IMG/VR virus record: IMGVR_UViG_3300013885_000007
Location: 1-48,343 of that record
From: a virus
Taxonomy: Duplodnaviria > Caudoviricetes
Length of the DNA: 48,343 bases
Direction: 5' to 3' (one strand)
Part shown: positions 1-8,114 of the stretch, in pieces
Layout: each line of letters opens with the position of its first letter
How positions within the stretch are numbered: the stretch's first letter is position 1
Program-made: the position numbers and the translations under genes
The notes under the pieces: model-generated
What the model was told of the DNA's origin: nothing
Seen by the model: the letters and a program-made list of their open reading frames with translations, nothing else
Databases searched by the model: none

Positions 1-41
1 TCAAGGTGGAGACACGGGTTCGAGTCCCGTTAGGGCTACCA
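1..41 (+). tRNA. 3' half of a tRNA, most likely tRNA-Glu (anticodon NTC truncated by the window edge); probable prophage attachment site
   Basis: TCAA GGTGG (anticodon loop end and stem), T-arm ACGGG-TTCGAGT-CCCGT, acceptor strand ending in encoded CCA at 39-41; pattern resembles Firmicute tRNA-Glu. Confidence 0.85.
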
Positions 42-1545
42 GCAGTATGTCAACACCGCTTACGGTATAAAACACGTGGGCGGTGTCTTCGTTTATTACA
101 ACCCGATCAACGAAGGTCTGGATAACGTCCTTCATTGCTCGGAGATCACCGGAATTGAGCTTGGCTTCTTCGGCCTGCATGAATTCGATGATCCTATCTC
201 TGTCTATCTGGCGCGTGACGTCCCGCCGCATCATGATCAACTGCTGCTCAATTTCCCGGGTCTTCGCCTCGGCCGCGTGGAGCTTCTCTTTCAATGCATC
301 CGAGATAAAACCTTGAGCCACGGCGTTGACCACATTTTCAATAGTCCGCTGAGCCTCCCGGCGCTGCCTTTCCAGAGCTTTGATCTCCTGGTCAAAACTC
401 TTTTGCCTTCCCTTCAGAGCCTGCTCTAACTGATCAATTACAAAGGCTTGCCCCTTTTCACTAAAAATATTTTCTTTCAGCCCCCGGATTACAACAGCAT
501 TAATATAGTCCTGCCGGACCGTGCTGGCGTCGCACTCCTTAGAGCGCACCTTGAGCCCGCACATGTAATAATCGTGCCTTTTTTTATTTTTACTGTAGCC
601 CGTCCGAGCGACCATAGCGTGGCCGCATTTGCCGCAGTAAACCTTGCCTGACAGGAGATAGATGTGCTTTGCCTTGTTCCTGGCCCGGTCCGGCTGTTTG
701 CGCGCATTAAGTTTTTCCTGGACCCTATCAAAAAGTTCCGGTGATACGATAGCCGGGATAGCATTCGGGATCCGGATCACATCATCCCGGCCATGGCGGT
801 GCTCTTTCTTTGTTCCCTTCATATAGACGAACGTCCCCTTATATTTTTCGTTCCGGAGAATGTCATGAATACTGTTTTTGCTGAGCGGACGGCCTTTCAG
901 CAAAATCATATCGTCGTAGGTGGCCCGGTATACATCCCTGTAAGTTCCGCCGGCGTCGACGATCTCAAAGACGCGGCGGACAATGGGAGCCTCTTTCTCA
1001 TTGATCACATATCTTTTGCTCTTAGTCCCGGGAATCTCGACCAGGGAAAAACCGAAAGGGGGTTTTCCTCCAGTATGCCAGGCTTTAAGCGCATTTTCAG
1101 TGAGACCCTTGAGCGTTTCCTTTGCCAGGTTCGCCGAGAAATATTGTGCCAGAGATTCCAGTACCCCCTCCAGCATTTCTCCCTCTGGCGTGGCATCTAT
1201 GCGCTGTGAGGCGTATTCCAGACGGATGCCGCACTTCTTGCGAAGGTAATGCTTATGAATTGCGGAATCATAACGATCCCGGGCGAAGCGATCCACCTTG
1301 TCCATCACCAGCACGTCAAAAAGGCCGGCCTTGGCGTCCGCGAGCATCTGCTGGAACTGTGGGCGCTGATCGGTCTTTCCGGATATAGCCTCATCAGAGT
1401 AGATTTTTACAATTGAGTAGCCCTTTGATTCGCAGTATTGGCGGCAAAGGCGCACTTGAGCGTCGATAGATTCCTCTCTTTGGTTGTCACCTGAAAAGCG
1501 AGCATAAATGGCGGCACGGTCGGGCATGATTATCTCCTCAATCAC
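1..1545 (-). CDS. Large serine recombinase (phage integrase)
   Basis: N-terminal YARFS catalytic motif, DRFARD, recombinase domain, LLSGKVYCGKCG zinc ribbon, coiled coil. Confidence 0.95.
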   Translation of the reverse strand: MIEEIIMPDRAAIYARFSGDNQREESIDAQVRLCRQYCESKGYSIVKIYSDEAISGKTDQRPQFQQMLADAKAGLFDVLVMDKVDRFARDRYDSAIHKHYLRKKCGIRLEYASQRIDATPEGEMLEGVLESLAQYFSANLAKETLKGLTENALKAWHTGGKPPFGFSLVEIPGTKSKRYVINEKEAPIVRRVFEIVDAGGTYRDVYRATYDDMILLKGRPLSKNSIHDILRNEKYKGTFVYMKGTKKEHRHGRDDVIRIPNAIPAIVSPELFDRVQEKLNARKQPDRARNKAKHIYLLSGKVYCGKCGHAMVARTGYSKNKKRHDYYMCGLKVRSKECDASTVRQDYINAVVIRGLKENIFSEKGQAFVIDQLEQALKGRQKSFDQEIKALERQRREAQRTIENVVNAVAQGFISDALKEKLHAAEAKTREIEQQLIMMRRDVTRQIDRDRIIEFMQAEEAKLNSGDLRAMKDVIQTFVDRVVINEDTAHVFYTVSGVDILLVALTGLEPVSPP

Positions 1546-1628
1546 TTTTAGCTTTATAATTCTTCATCCATTGTTTAATACCTCTTGTCTAAATTAATCA
1601 TAGTCTAAAGCCCTTTTAAAGACTAAAA

Positions 1629-1642
1629 CCGCCTTTCGGCGG
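1629..1642 (-). terminator. Probable intrinsic terminator between the HsdR-like gene and integrase
   Basis: CCGCC-TTTC-GGCGG hairpin, followed by TTTT on the minus strand. Confidence 0.6.
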
Positions 1643-1648
1643 CTCAAG

Positions 1649-2785
1649 TTATCTTACTACCTCATCAAAGCATTCAATTATGAGTTCTGGCAACCTTGAT
1701 AAATCCTCATAGGAATTGATATAAATCCGGCTTTCACCATGTCCTTTTGGACTTTGCTCGACCGTAAATTCCTTAACCAATTCTTGTGCTTTATGAACTG
1801 GTAGCTTTGTTATAACGTGTTTATTGGTACCATCAAGTATAATTCTTAAGAACCAGTTTGTTATGCTTTTATTGTAGATTACATAATAAACTGTGGTATC
1901 TTTGTTATTTAGTTGGGATATGTCCCTGCCAGCGTCAGATAATATCTTCTTTACAATATCGAAACAAAGTATTTCTTCTTCCGTAGTTATGACTTGTTTT
2001 TTAGGTTTTTCTGGTTCATTTTCTGCCACGATCTCATTCATATTTTCATCCGATTGTTCTGTTATTTCTTGATTGCTCTCATTTTGCTGGAAAAGGCCCT
2101 GGCTAACTAATTCAACGATAGCCATTGATATTGATTTTTTAACAATAGGGCGGAATCGCTCGACAACATTGGTTGTTATTCTCGTATCGCTGAAATCCTT
2201 GATTAAATACCTGATAAATTCATCCGGAGGGTTTTTGAATAATTCACGTAGTTTTGTATTTAGATTCGAGGTATAAATGAGCTCTTCAGCATATTTAACT
2301 ATGGTATCCGTTTCAAAACGCTCTTTTGTAAATTGAGCAAGTATTTCAATATCAGAATCTGAGATATTTGTTATATCGACTTTAAAGAACGGGTTCTCAT
2401 CCATGATATTGTTTTTATCGAGGTCTGTGAAGAATTTATACTCAATCCCATTGGTTATGATTGCCACCCTAACTTCGGGTGTCGCATTAAAATATCTTTC
2501 AAGCTGGGCGCTATGGTTTCCAAGTTCTTCTCCTACGGCTTTTGCCTCAATAAACATAATGGGAACATCGTTCTTAAAAATTGCATAGTCAACTTTCTCT
2601 GCTTTTTTCTTGCCAAAATCAGCGACATACTCAGGCTTTACTTCTAACGGATTAAATACATCGTATCCGAGAACCTGAAGAAAAGGAATAATCAACGCTT
2701 GCTTTGTCATTTCCTCATTCGAGACGTGTTTTTGCCTTTCAGACACCTGGAGTGATAATCGCTTAAGCTCCTCTTTGAAATTCAT
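1649..2785 (-). CDS. Type I restriction HsdR N-terminal-domain (PD-(D/E)xK) protein, AT-rich moron
   Basis: EEMTKQALIIPFLQVLGYDVFNP, KVDYAI...FIEAK, AIITNG motifs; ATG at 2785 preceded by a GGGGGGA RBS. Confidence 0.85.
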   Translation of the reverse strand: MNFKEELKRLSLQVSERQKHVSNEEMTKQALIIPFLQVLGYDVFNPLEVKPEYVADFGKKKAEKVDYAIFKNDVPIMFIEAKAVGEELGNHSAQLERYFNATPEVRVAIITNGIEYKFFTDLDKNNIMDENPFFKVDITNISDSDIEILAQFTKERFETDTIVKYAEELIYTSNLNTKLRELFKNPPDEFIRYLIKDFSDTRITTNVVERFRPIVKKSISMAIVELVSQGLFQQNESNQEITEQSDENMNEIVAENEPEKPKKQVITTEEEILCFDIVKKILSDAGRDISQLNNKDTTVYYVIYNKSITNWFLRIILDGTNKHVITKLPVHKAQELVKEFTVEQSPKGHGESRIYINSYEDLSRLPELIIECFDEVVR

Positions 2786-2801
2786 GCCTGTCCCCCCCAG
2801 A

Positions 2802-3137
2802 TTAATAAATATATTTAGATGCTGCTGCTTCGGCAATATGATCAGCAGCTAATTCTTCTCTTGTCCAGTCCATTCTCACCAGATACGGTCTCTCCGGCGC
2901 TTCGGCTTTGATATGATAGAACTCATGCAGGAAAATAAACTGCTGGGCATCATAATCCAGTATCCAGTTTCCAATAATGTAATAAATTCCGTGGCCTGAG
3001 CGATAAACCAGGCCGGCTATATCTTTTCCCAGGGGCGCCACCTGGGTTCTAATGTTATGAGCTTCAAGTATTTCCTGAACCATGTCAGGGTTGTCCAGTA
3101 ACTTCTGAAAGAGTTTGCTTTGAGCAATCTCGGACAT
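2802..3137 (-). CDS. immA: ImmA/IrrE-family metallopeptidase (anti-repressor)
   Basis: FLHEFYH (HExxH) and E..AD motif; directly downstream of the repressor. Confidence 0.8.
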   Translation of the reverse strand: MSEIAQSKLFQKLLDNPDMVQEILEAHNIRTQVAPLGKDIAGLVYRSGHGIYYIIGNWILDYDAQQFIFLHEFYHIKAEAPERPYLVRMDWTREELAADHIAEAAASKYIY

Positions 3138-3153
3138 GCTATCACTGCCTTAA

Positions 3154-3189
3154 TAAAAAACCGCAGTTGGTTTATTTGGTACTGCGGCT
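3154..3189 (-). terminator. Terminator-like hairpin after the repressor gene
   Basis: CCGCAGT...ACTGCGG stem, followed by a T-tract on the minus strand. Confidence 0.55.
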
Positions 3190-3647
3190 TAATCTCCGAA
3201 CTCTTTAGCTTCTTCGTCTTCGATGGCTTTAATTACGCGGATAACACGGCGGATGGAATCGTCGGACAGCGGCCTTACCTGTTTGAATAGTAGAAAGAGA
3301 TCATCCCGTTCCTTCATCTCTTTCCAGAATTCCAGGAGCTCTTCTGCGTTTGGATCGTCGGCCAGGGCCTCTTCGATGCGGCGGTGGGCAGCCTGGATTT
3401 CGGGAGAGTGTTTTGCCTCTTCCGCTATTTCTTCGACGGGGCGGGGGTCGTCGGTGCGGCCAAGGAGGTAGTCAGTTGACACGGAAAAGAAGTTAGCGAA
3501 CTTCTTCAGAGTTTCATAATCAGGCTGTCGATTGCCTTTTTCATAACGGGATATGGTAGCACGATCAACTCCAAAATGCCTACCAAGTTCTTCCTGGCTT
3601 AATTGACGATCTTCTCTTAATTGACGTAGCCTTTCACCAAAAGTCAT
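3189..3647 (-). CDS. immR: XRE-family phage repressor (ImmR/CI-like)
   Basis: MTFGERLRQLRE...SQEELG...TISRYEKGNRQP HTH; ATG at 3647 with a GAGGTG RBS; divergent from cro. Confidence 0.9.
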   Translation of the reverse strand: MTFGERLRQLREDRQLSQEELGRHFGVDRATISRYEKGNRQPDYETLKKFANFFSVSTDYLLGRTDDPRPVEEIAEEAKHSPEIQAAHRRIEEALADDPNAEELLEFWKEMKERDDLFLLFKQVRPLSDDSIRRVIRVIKAIEDEEAKEFGD

Positions 3648-3682
3648 GTCTATATGCACCTCAATAATCTTAATAATATAAT

Positions 3683-3802
3683 GTACCGAAACGGCACTAT
3701 TAGCAATATCGTGTGCCATAACGTCAAAAATTATTTTTTGTACCCCTTGACGTACCAATACGGCAACAGTATAATTAGCTTAGAACGTTACCAGATAGGC
3801 AA
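3683..3802. promoter_or_regulatory. Genetic switch: four 15-bp operators and a rightward sigmaA promoter
   Basis: Imperfect palindromes at 3683 (GTACCGAAACGGCAC), 3713, 3752 and 3788; TTGACG (3747) -17 bp- TATAAT (3770). Confidence 0.8.
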
Positions 3803-3811
3803 CATAGGCAG

Positions 3812-4072
3812 GTGAGAATAGTGCACCAACGTTCGCAGTTAATTAAATTTCGAGAAGAGACCTTAAAAAAGACTCAAGAAGAAGTAGCCCAGATGCTTGG
3901 TATTACACGATTTACATACTGCCGCTATGAGAATGGCACCCGTAATCCAAAGCCAACATTTATTGAATTGTTTGCTAAAGTCTTTAATCTCAGTCTGGAG
4001 CAAAGCTACAAACTTTTTTATGCCTTGGATGTTACCGAAACGTCACTATCAACCGGAACAGAGGGCCAATAA
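3812..4072 (+). CDS. Cro-like HTH regulator
   Basis: TQEEVAQMLGITRFTYCRYENGTRNP HTH; first gene of the rightward early operon. Confidence 0.85.
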   Translation: MRIVHQRSQLIKFREETLKKTQEEVAQMLGITRFTYCRYENGTRNPKPTFIELFAKVFNLSLEQSYKLFYALDVTETSLSTGTEGQ

Positions 4073-4116
4073 CTCCGGGCTGATGTTTGCAATTCAAGAG
4101 AGGGGAGGTGGATCTC

Positions 4117-4392
4117 GTGAGCCAACGGCTTAAAAACCGATTAATGGAAATCGTCTATCGTGGTTCTCATAGTAGACCATACGGACCCCAGTGGGAAGTA
4201 CAAGTAACCAGATTTCGTGATACTGAGTCTGGTGATGAATATGAATGGTGGTCTGATAGGGTATACACAGATTTCAGTCCTTCGCTCAAAAAAGGCGATC
4301 AAGTAATTCTTTCAGCTACCCCTACTCCTGGATATGGACAATATCCTCATTTGCGGCAAGTAAAAATTCATTCGTTAAAAAGGAGTGCATAA
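4117..4392 (+). CDS. Hypothetical protein
   Basis: GGAGGTG RBS before GTG 4117; ORF in operon orientation. Confidence 0.6.
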   Translation: MSQRLKNRLMEIVYRGSHSRPYGPQWEVQVTRFRDTESGDEYEWWSDRVYTDFSPSLKKGDQVILSATPTPGYGQYPHLRQVKIHSLKRSA

Positions 4393-4483
4393 GCGACCCC
4401 CCGGGTCAATGACGGTTGCTCCCACCGGAGACCCGATCTTTTACAAGAGGTGATCCAAATCACCTACGAGGAGCGAAAAAACA

Positions 4484-4687
4484 ATGCCTGAAGTCCAACT
4501 TATAGAGATGGTCTACAGCCTCAAAACGGGCGAACTGCTCGAAGTGAAGCATCATGGCACCATCCAGGTGGCCAAGGATCCCTATGAAGCATATGCTCAA
4601 AGACTGCTCCCGGAACTGGAAGAATTCCTGAGAAAGCGAGGTGACGATCCATGCCAACCCGCTGCGCCTGCTGCGGCAAACTCCTGA
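4484..4687 (+). CDS. Hypothetical protein
   Basis: GAGGAG RBS; operon orientation. Confidence 0.6.
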   Translation: MPEVQLIEMVYSLKTGELLEVKHHGTIQVAKDPYEAYAQRLLPELEEFLRKRGDDPCQPAAPAAANS

Positions 4688-4800
4688 ACGGTACCCACTA
4701 TCCGCACCCGGAAACGGGAGAGGCCGTATGCAGTCAGTGCTACGAAGCAGCCAGCCACGCCTACGCCGCAGCCCGGGATGAGGGGCTGCTGAGCGCTTAA
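4651..4800 (+). CDS. 49-aa zinc-finger miniprotein (not in the ORF track)
   Basis: GAGGTG RBS; MPTRCACCGK...VCSQCYE. Confidence 0.6.
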   Translation: MPTRCACCGKLLNGTHYPHPETGEAVCSQCYEAASHAYAAARDEGLLSA

Positions 4801-4900
4801 GGGCGGCAGGACGACACGGGCGCAAGATTCATTGCCCGGAGTGAAATGGAGAATGTCCTGCCGCCAGGTAAAAATCTACCAGAAAGGAGATGATCAAGAA

Positions 4901-5389
4901 ATGCCAAAAGCCGCACATGCCGCACGCAAGCCGAACACGAATCTGCTCGCCGAATCCCGCCAGAAGGCCGGCTTGAGCAAGACCAGCGCAGCTGCAATGC
5001 TGTACATCGACCGTCGCAAACTTGTTTATTACGAGAACACGGTCCCGCCGGCCGACGTGATCCTGCTCATGTCCGAAGCTTACCAGGACCCTGCTCTGCC
5101 CGAACGCTACTGCTCCGAACTCTGCCCCATCGGAATACATTGCCGCATGCCTGTTGAGCCACGAGATCTGGCTACCGCGGTCCTGGGTGTGCTCAAAGAA
5201 TGTAACGACGTGCAGATCATCCGTGACCGACTGGTTGAGATCGCTGAAGACGGACTGATCGATGAAAAAGAGAGGCCGGACTTTGAGCGGGTCATGGCAG
5301 AGCTGTTTGACCTGCAGCAGCGGATCGAATCATTGCGGTTATGGGCTGAAACGCATTTGAATCAAAAAGAAAGGGGGAAGGCGGCGTGA
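4901..5389 (+). CDS. XRE-like HTH phage regulatory protein
   Basis: AAAGGAG RBS; RQKAGLSKTSAAAMLYIDRRKLVYYE HTH, YCSELCPIG. Confidence 0.75.
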   Translation: MPKAAHAARKPNTNLLAESRQKAGLSKTSAAAMLYIDRRKLVYYENTVPPADVILLMSEAYQDPALPERYCSELCPIGIHCRMPVEPRDLATAVLGVLKECNDVQIIRDRLVEIAEDGLIDEKERPDFERVMAELFDLQQRIESLRLWAETHLNQKERGKAA

Positions 5390-5571
5390 CGCAGGTTCTG
5401 GGATTCATCGGTACCAACCGGGGCTTCAGACATGCGCTCCGTGAGTTACGGAAACTGGCAATGCGGGGAGCGACGTTCCAGACCGACCAGGACAAGATCG
5501 ACCGGGTAATGCGGAAGGCCAAGATATTGGATCTCAAATACCAGATTCGCGGGCCGCAAAACGCGGCATAA
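5386..5571 (+). CDS. Hypothetical protein
   Basis: Overlapping GTGA start/stop coupling. Confidence 0.55.
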   Translation: MTQVLGFIGTNRGFRHALRELRKLAMRGATFQTDQDKIDRVMRKAKILDLKYQIRGPQNAA

Positions 5572-5612
5572 CAAAAAAGCTGCTTCAAAAGCAGCTAGAA
5601 AGGAAAACCACT

Positions 5613-6032
5613 ATGTCTAGTATGTTACCACAGGCAAGACCACAAGTCAATGATTCCATTCCCTTCGAGCAGTTGCGCCTCGCCCTGGAGACCGTGGACG
5701 CTGCAGCCAAAGCGTATTACAAAGCACCGAGCAAATACATCAAAAACGAACTCCTAACCGTCATCGAGGCGGCACTGCCCGAGGGCTACGTCGAGTACAC
5801 CACCAGCCACGGTATCACCGTGATCAGGCTCGACGATCAGATCCCGCCGCCCCGCATCCATCTCTGTATCGAGCGCATAGCCGAGAGCGACCTCTGCCCC
5901 GGATGCGGCGGCGACCTGCTGACCGGCGGGGAGGTGGTGGACAGGTATTCCAGGCACGGGGAAACGGTGCTAACGGTGATGTGCCGAAGCTGCCAGCAGT
6001 TCGTCAGGGTGAGGGAAAGGGGGAGACTGTAA
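5613..6032 (+). CDS. Hypothetical protein with C-terminal zinc ribbon
   Basis: CPGCG...CRSC; AAAGGA RBS. Confidence 0.65.
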   Translation: MSSMLPQARPQVNDSIPFEQLRLALETVDAAAKAYYKAPSKYIKNELLTVIEAALPEGYVEYTTSHGITVIRLDDQIPPPRIHLCIERIAESDLCPGCGGDLLTGGEVVDRYSRHGETVLTVMCRSCQQFVRVRERGRL

Positions 6033-6310
6033 TAGCCGTCTACCTGCTGCACTTTGATTCAAAGATCGCAAATCACGCCCAGCACTACATCGGCTACGCC
6101 GAAGACGTGGACACTCGGGTTGCGGAGCACAGGAGCAACCCGGGAGCCCGGCTGATGCAGGTGGCCAAGGAGCGTGGCATCGGCTTCGAAGTGGTCAGGG
6201 TGTGGCCGGACGGGGACCGGAACTTTGAGCGGCGGCTCAAAAACCAGAAGCATGCTTGGAGACACTGCCCGATCTGCCGGGCGACAAGGATGACAGGAAA
6301 GCAAAGTTGA
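6029..6310 (+). CDS. GIY-YIG nuclease family protein (start uncertain; ORF is open from 5903)
   Basis: VYLLHF...HYIGY...RVAEH...ERRLK. Confidence 0.8.
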   Translation, partial: VIAVYLLHFDSKIANHAQHYIGYAEDVDTRVAEHRSNPGARLMQVAKERGIGFEVVRVWPDGDRNFERRLKNQKHAWRHCPICRATRMTGKQS

Positions 6311-6328
6311 TTATTTCACGTGAAATAA
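6311..6328. promoter_or_regulatory. parS/NBS-hybrid palindrome, copy 1
   Basis: Perfect 18-bp palindrome TTATTTCACGTGAAATAA immediately before the RBS of 6344. Confidence 0.85.
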
Positions 6329-6343
6329 AGGAGGTTCAAACGG

Positions 6344-6844
6344 ATGCTTTTACAACAGGAGATCACCAAGGCAATCCAGTCGGCGGCCAGGGACCTTATT
6401 GCCGAAATGGGCCTCCAGCAGATCGAAACCAGGCTGCTGGAGATCCCGGCCAGGATCAAGGAGAAGCAGGATCAGATCCTGGCCAAGCAGCGAGAGATCG
6501 AAGACCTCAAAAAGCAGCTGGATGAGCATAGGTCCATCGCCGAGACGATCAAGGCGGTCACCGAGGCCGAGGTGGTCACGGAGACCAACAGCGACGGAAA
6601 ACCCCGGTTCTCCAACGACAAGCTCCGCAATGCCGAGACTGCCAGGCGCCTGGCTGCCAACGAGGAATACCAGGCCGCCAGGCGGGCGATGCAGGGCTTC
6701 GAGGAACAGATTGCCGCGGTCAATCTTGATATCGGCATGCTCAGGAATGAGGTAGGACAACTAGAAGCCACGATGGCCAACTACCGGGTGATCCTCTCCG
6801 CCCGGGCTGCACAACTCGCCGCCATATTCGGCGGCCAAGTGTAA
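6344..6844 (+). CDS. Coiled-coil phage protein
   Basis: AAGGAGG RBS; heptad-rich sequence. Confidence 0.75.
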   Translation: MLLQQEITKAIQSAARDLIAEMGLQQIETRLLEIPARIKEKQDQILAKQREIEDLKKQLDEHRSIAETIKAVTEAEVVTETNSDGKPRFSNDKLRNAETARRLAANEEYQAARRAMQGFEEQIAAVNLDIGMLRNEVGQLEATMANYRVILSARAAQLAAIFGGQV

Positions 6845-6861
6845 ACCAAATTCGAAAGGAG

Positions 6862-7761
6862 ATGCTTCGAATGGCGATACCGCAAGAAAAGGTTACAAAT
6901 CTGCCAGTTCAACTCACACCTGCGCAGGTCCAGATGATGCTGGCAGGAGTGGACTGCACCGGCTTATCCGAGCAGGATAAGTTAGAACTGGCCGCCGTCC
7001 TCTGGGAGGACTATCAGAAGAGCGCTGAAATCACCAATTACAAACCGCAACGAATCAAAATTGTTAAGGAGACGCAGATGTTTGCCGACTCCCTGGGCAA
7101 TTCTTTCGACGAATTGAGGGGCGTCATAATCGCCCGGCAGACTACCCGGGGATACTGGCCGAAGAAAGGCAATGACAAAAGGCCCTTATGCAGCTCCCTG
7201 GACGGCAAAACCGGCCGTATGCGCCATGAGGCGGCTGACGGATCCGTGTTTTTTGAGGAGCGACACTGCAAAGATTGCGAGTTTAACAAGTGGGGCAGCG
7301 CCGTCGACGAACATGGGCAGCCGCTGGCCGGTAAGGCCTGTAAGGAGATGCGCCGTATCTATATCCAGCAGCCGGGGGCGATGTTCCCCAGCTATATCAG
7401 CCTGTCGCCGACCAGTATCAACGCCTGGGACGACTTCATTTCCGGACGCCTCAACGCCGGCATTTCCGATCTTAAGGCTCAAGTAGTGCTGACCTTGATT
7501 GAAAGCGGCAACAACAAATTTTCATACAGCATTGTCAAGGCCAAGAACGGTCCGGCGCTCAAACCTCTGGAAATCCTCGAATTCATGAAGATTAAAAAGC
7601 AATTCGAGGAGAAACTGCTCGGCATGGACGTTGAAGATGAGGATTATTACAGCGAGGAGCCTGGCGAGGGAACTGTCGGCGACGCCTGGGAGCCACCAGA
7701 ACCAGAAACCGTGTACAATAACGTGGCGTCATCGGACCTGCCTGAAGACCCTCCGTTCTAA
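6862..7761 (+). CDS. Putative ssDNA-binding/annealing protein
   Basis: Cys motifs (CSSLDG, CKDC..N.WGS, GKACK), acidic tail ending in DPPF as in SSBs; position in the recombination module. Confidence 0.55.
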   Translation: MLRMAIPQEKVTNLPVQLTPAQVQMMLAGVDCTGLSEQDKLELAAVLWEDYQKSAEITNYKPQRIKIVKETQMFADSLGNSFDELRGVIIARQTTRGYWPKKGNDKRPLCSSLDGKTGRMRHEAADGSVFFEERHCKDCEFNKWGSAVDEHGQPLAGKACKEMRRIYIQQPGAMFPSYISLSPTSINAWDDFISGRLNAGISDLKAQVVLTLIESGNNKFSYSIVKAKNGPALKPLEILEFMKIKKQFEEKLLGMDVEDEDYYSEEPGEGTVGDAWEPPEPETVYNNVASSDLPEDPPF

Positions 7762-7862
7762 TAAATGATTATCTTTCCGGTTGCCCCGCTCCTGGTGCGG
7801 TATACACCTCCTTTCCAGGGGCGGGGAAAGCCGGATTAATACTCCGATGAGGAGGAGAAGAG

Positions 7863-8114
7863 ATGCTGTTATGCTGCACCAAAAACTGCAGATATGAATG
7901 CTATAACGGAATGATCCAAAACAACATCAGCACGGCAATGAGCATACTGGCTGAAGTGACTCAGCGGTTGTATAGAAAGAATCCCGAACACCCGGAACTA
8001 ATTCACCTGATGCAGGCCCATAGTATCCTGCAGGATGCTTTCGAGGTGGGTGCTAAAGGATGGGCTATGCACCACGGGGGTACGGTTGAGGTAGAACTGG
8101 AGGTGGACCCATGA
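7863..8114 (+). CDS. Hypothetical Cys-rich protein
   Basis: GGAGGAG RBS; stop overlaps the dinG start. Confidence 0.65.
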   Translation: MLLCCTKNCRYECYNGMIQNNISTAMSILAEVTQRLYRKNPEHPELIHLMQAHSILQDAFEVGAKGWAMHHGGTVEVELEVDP

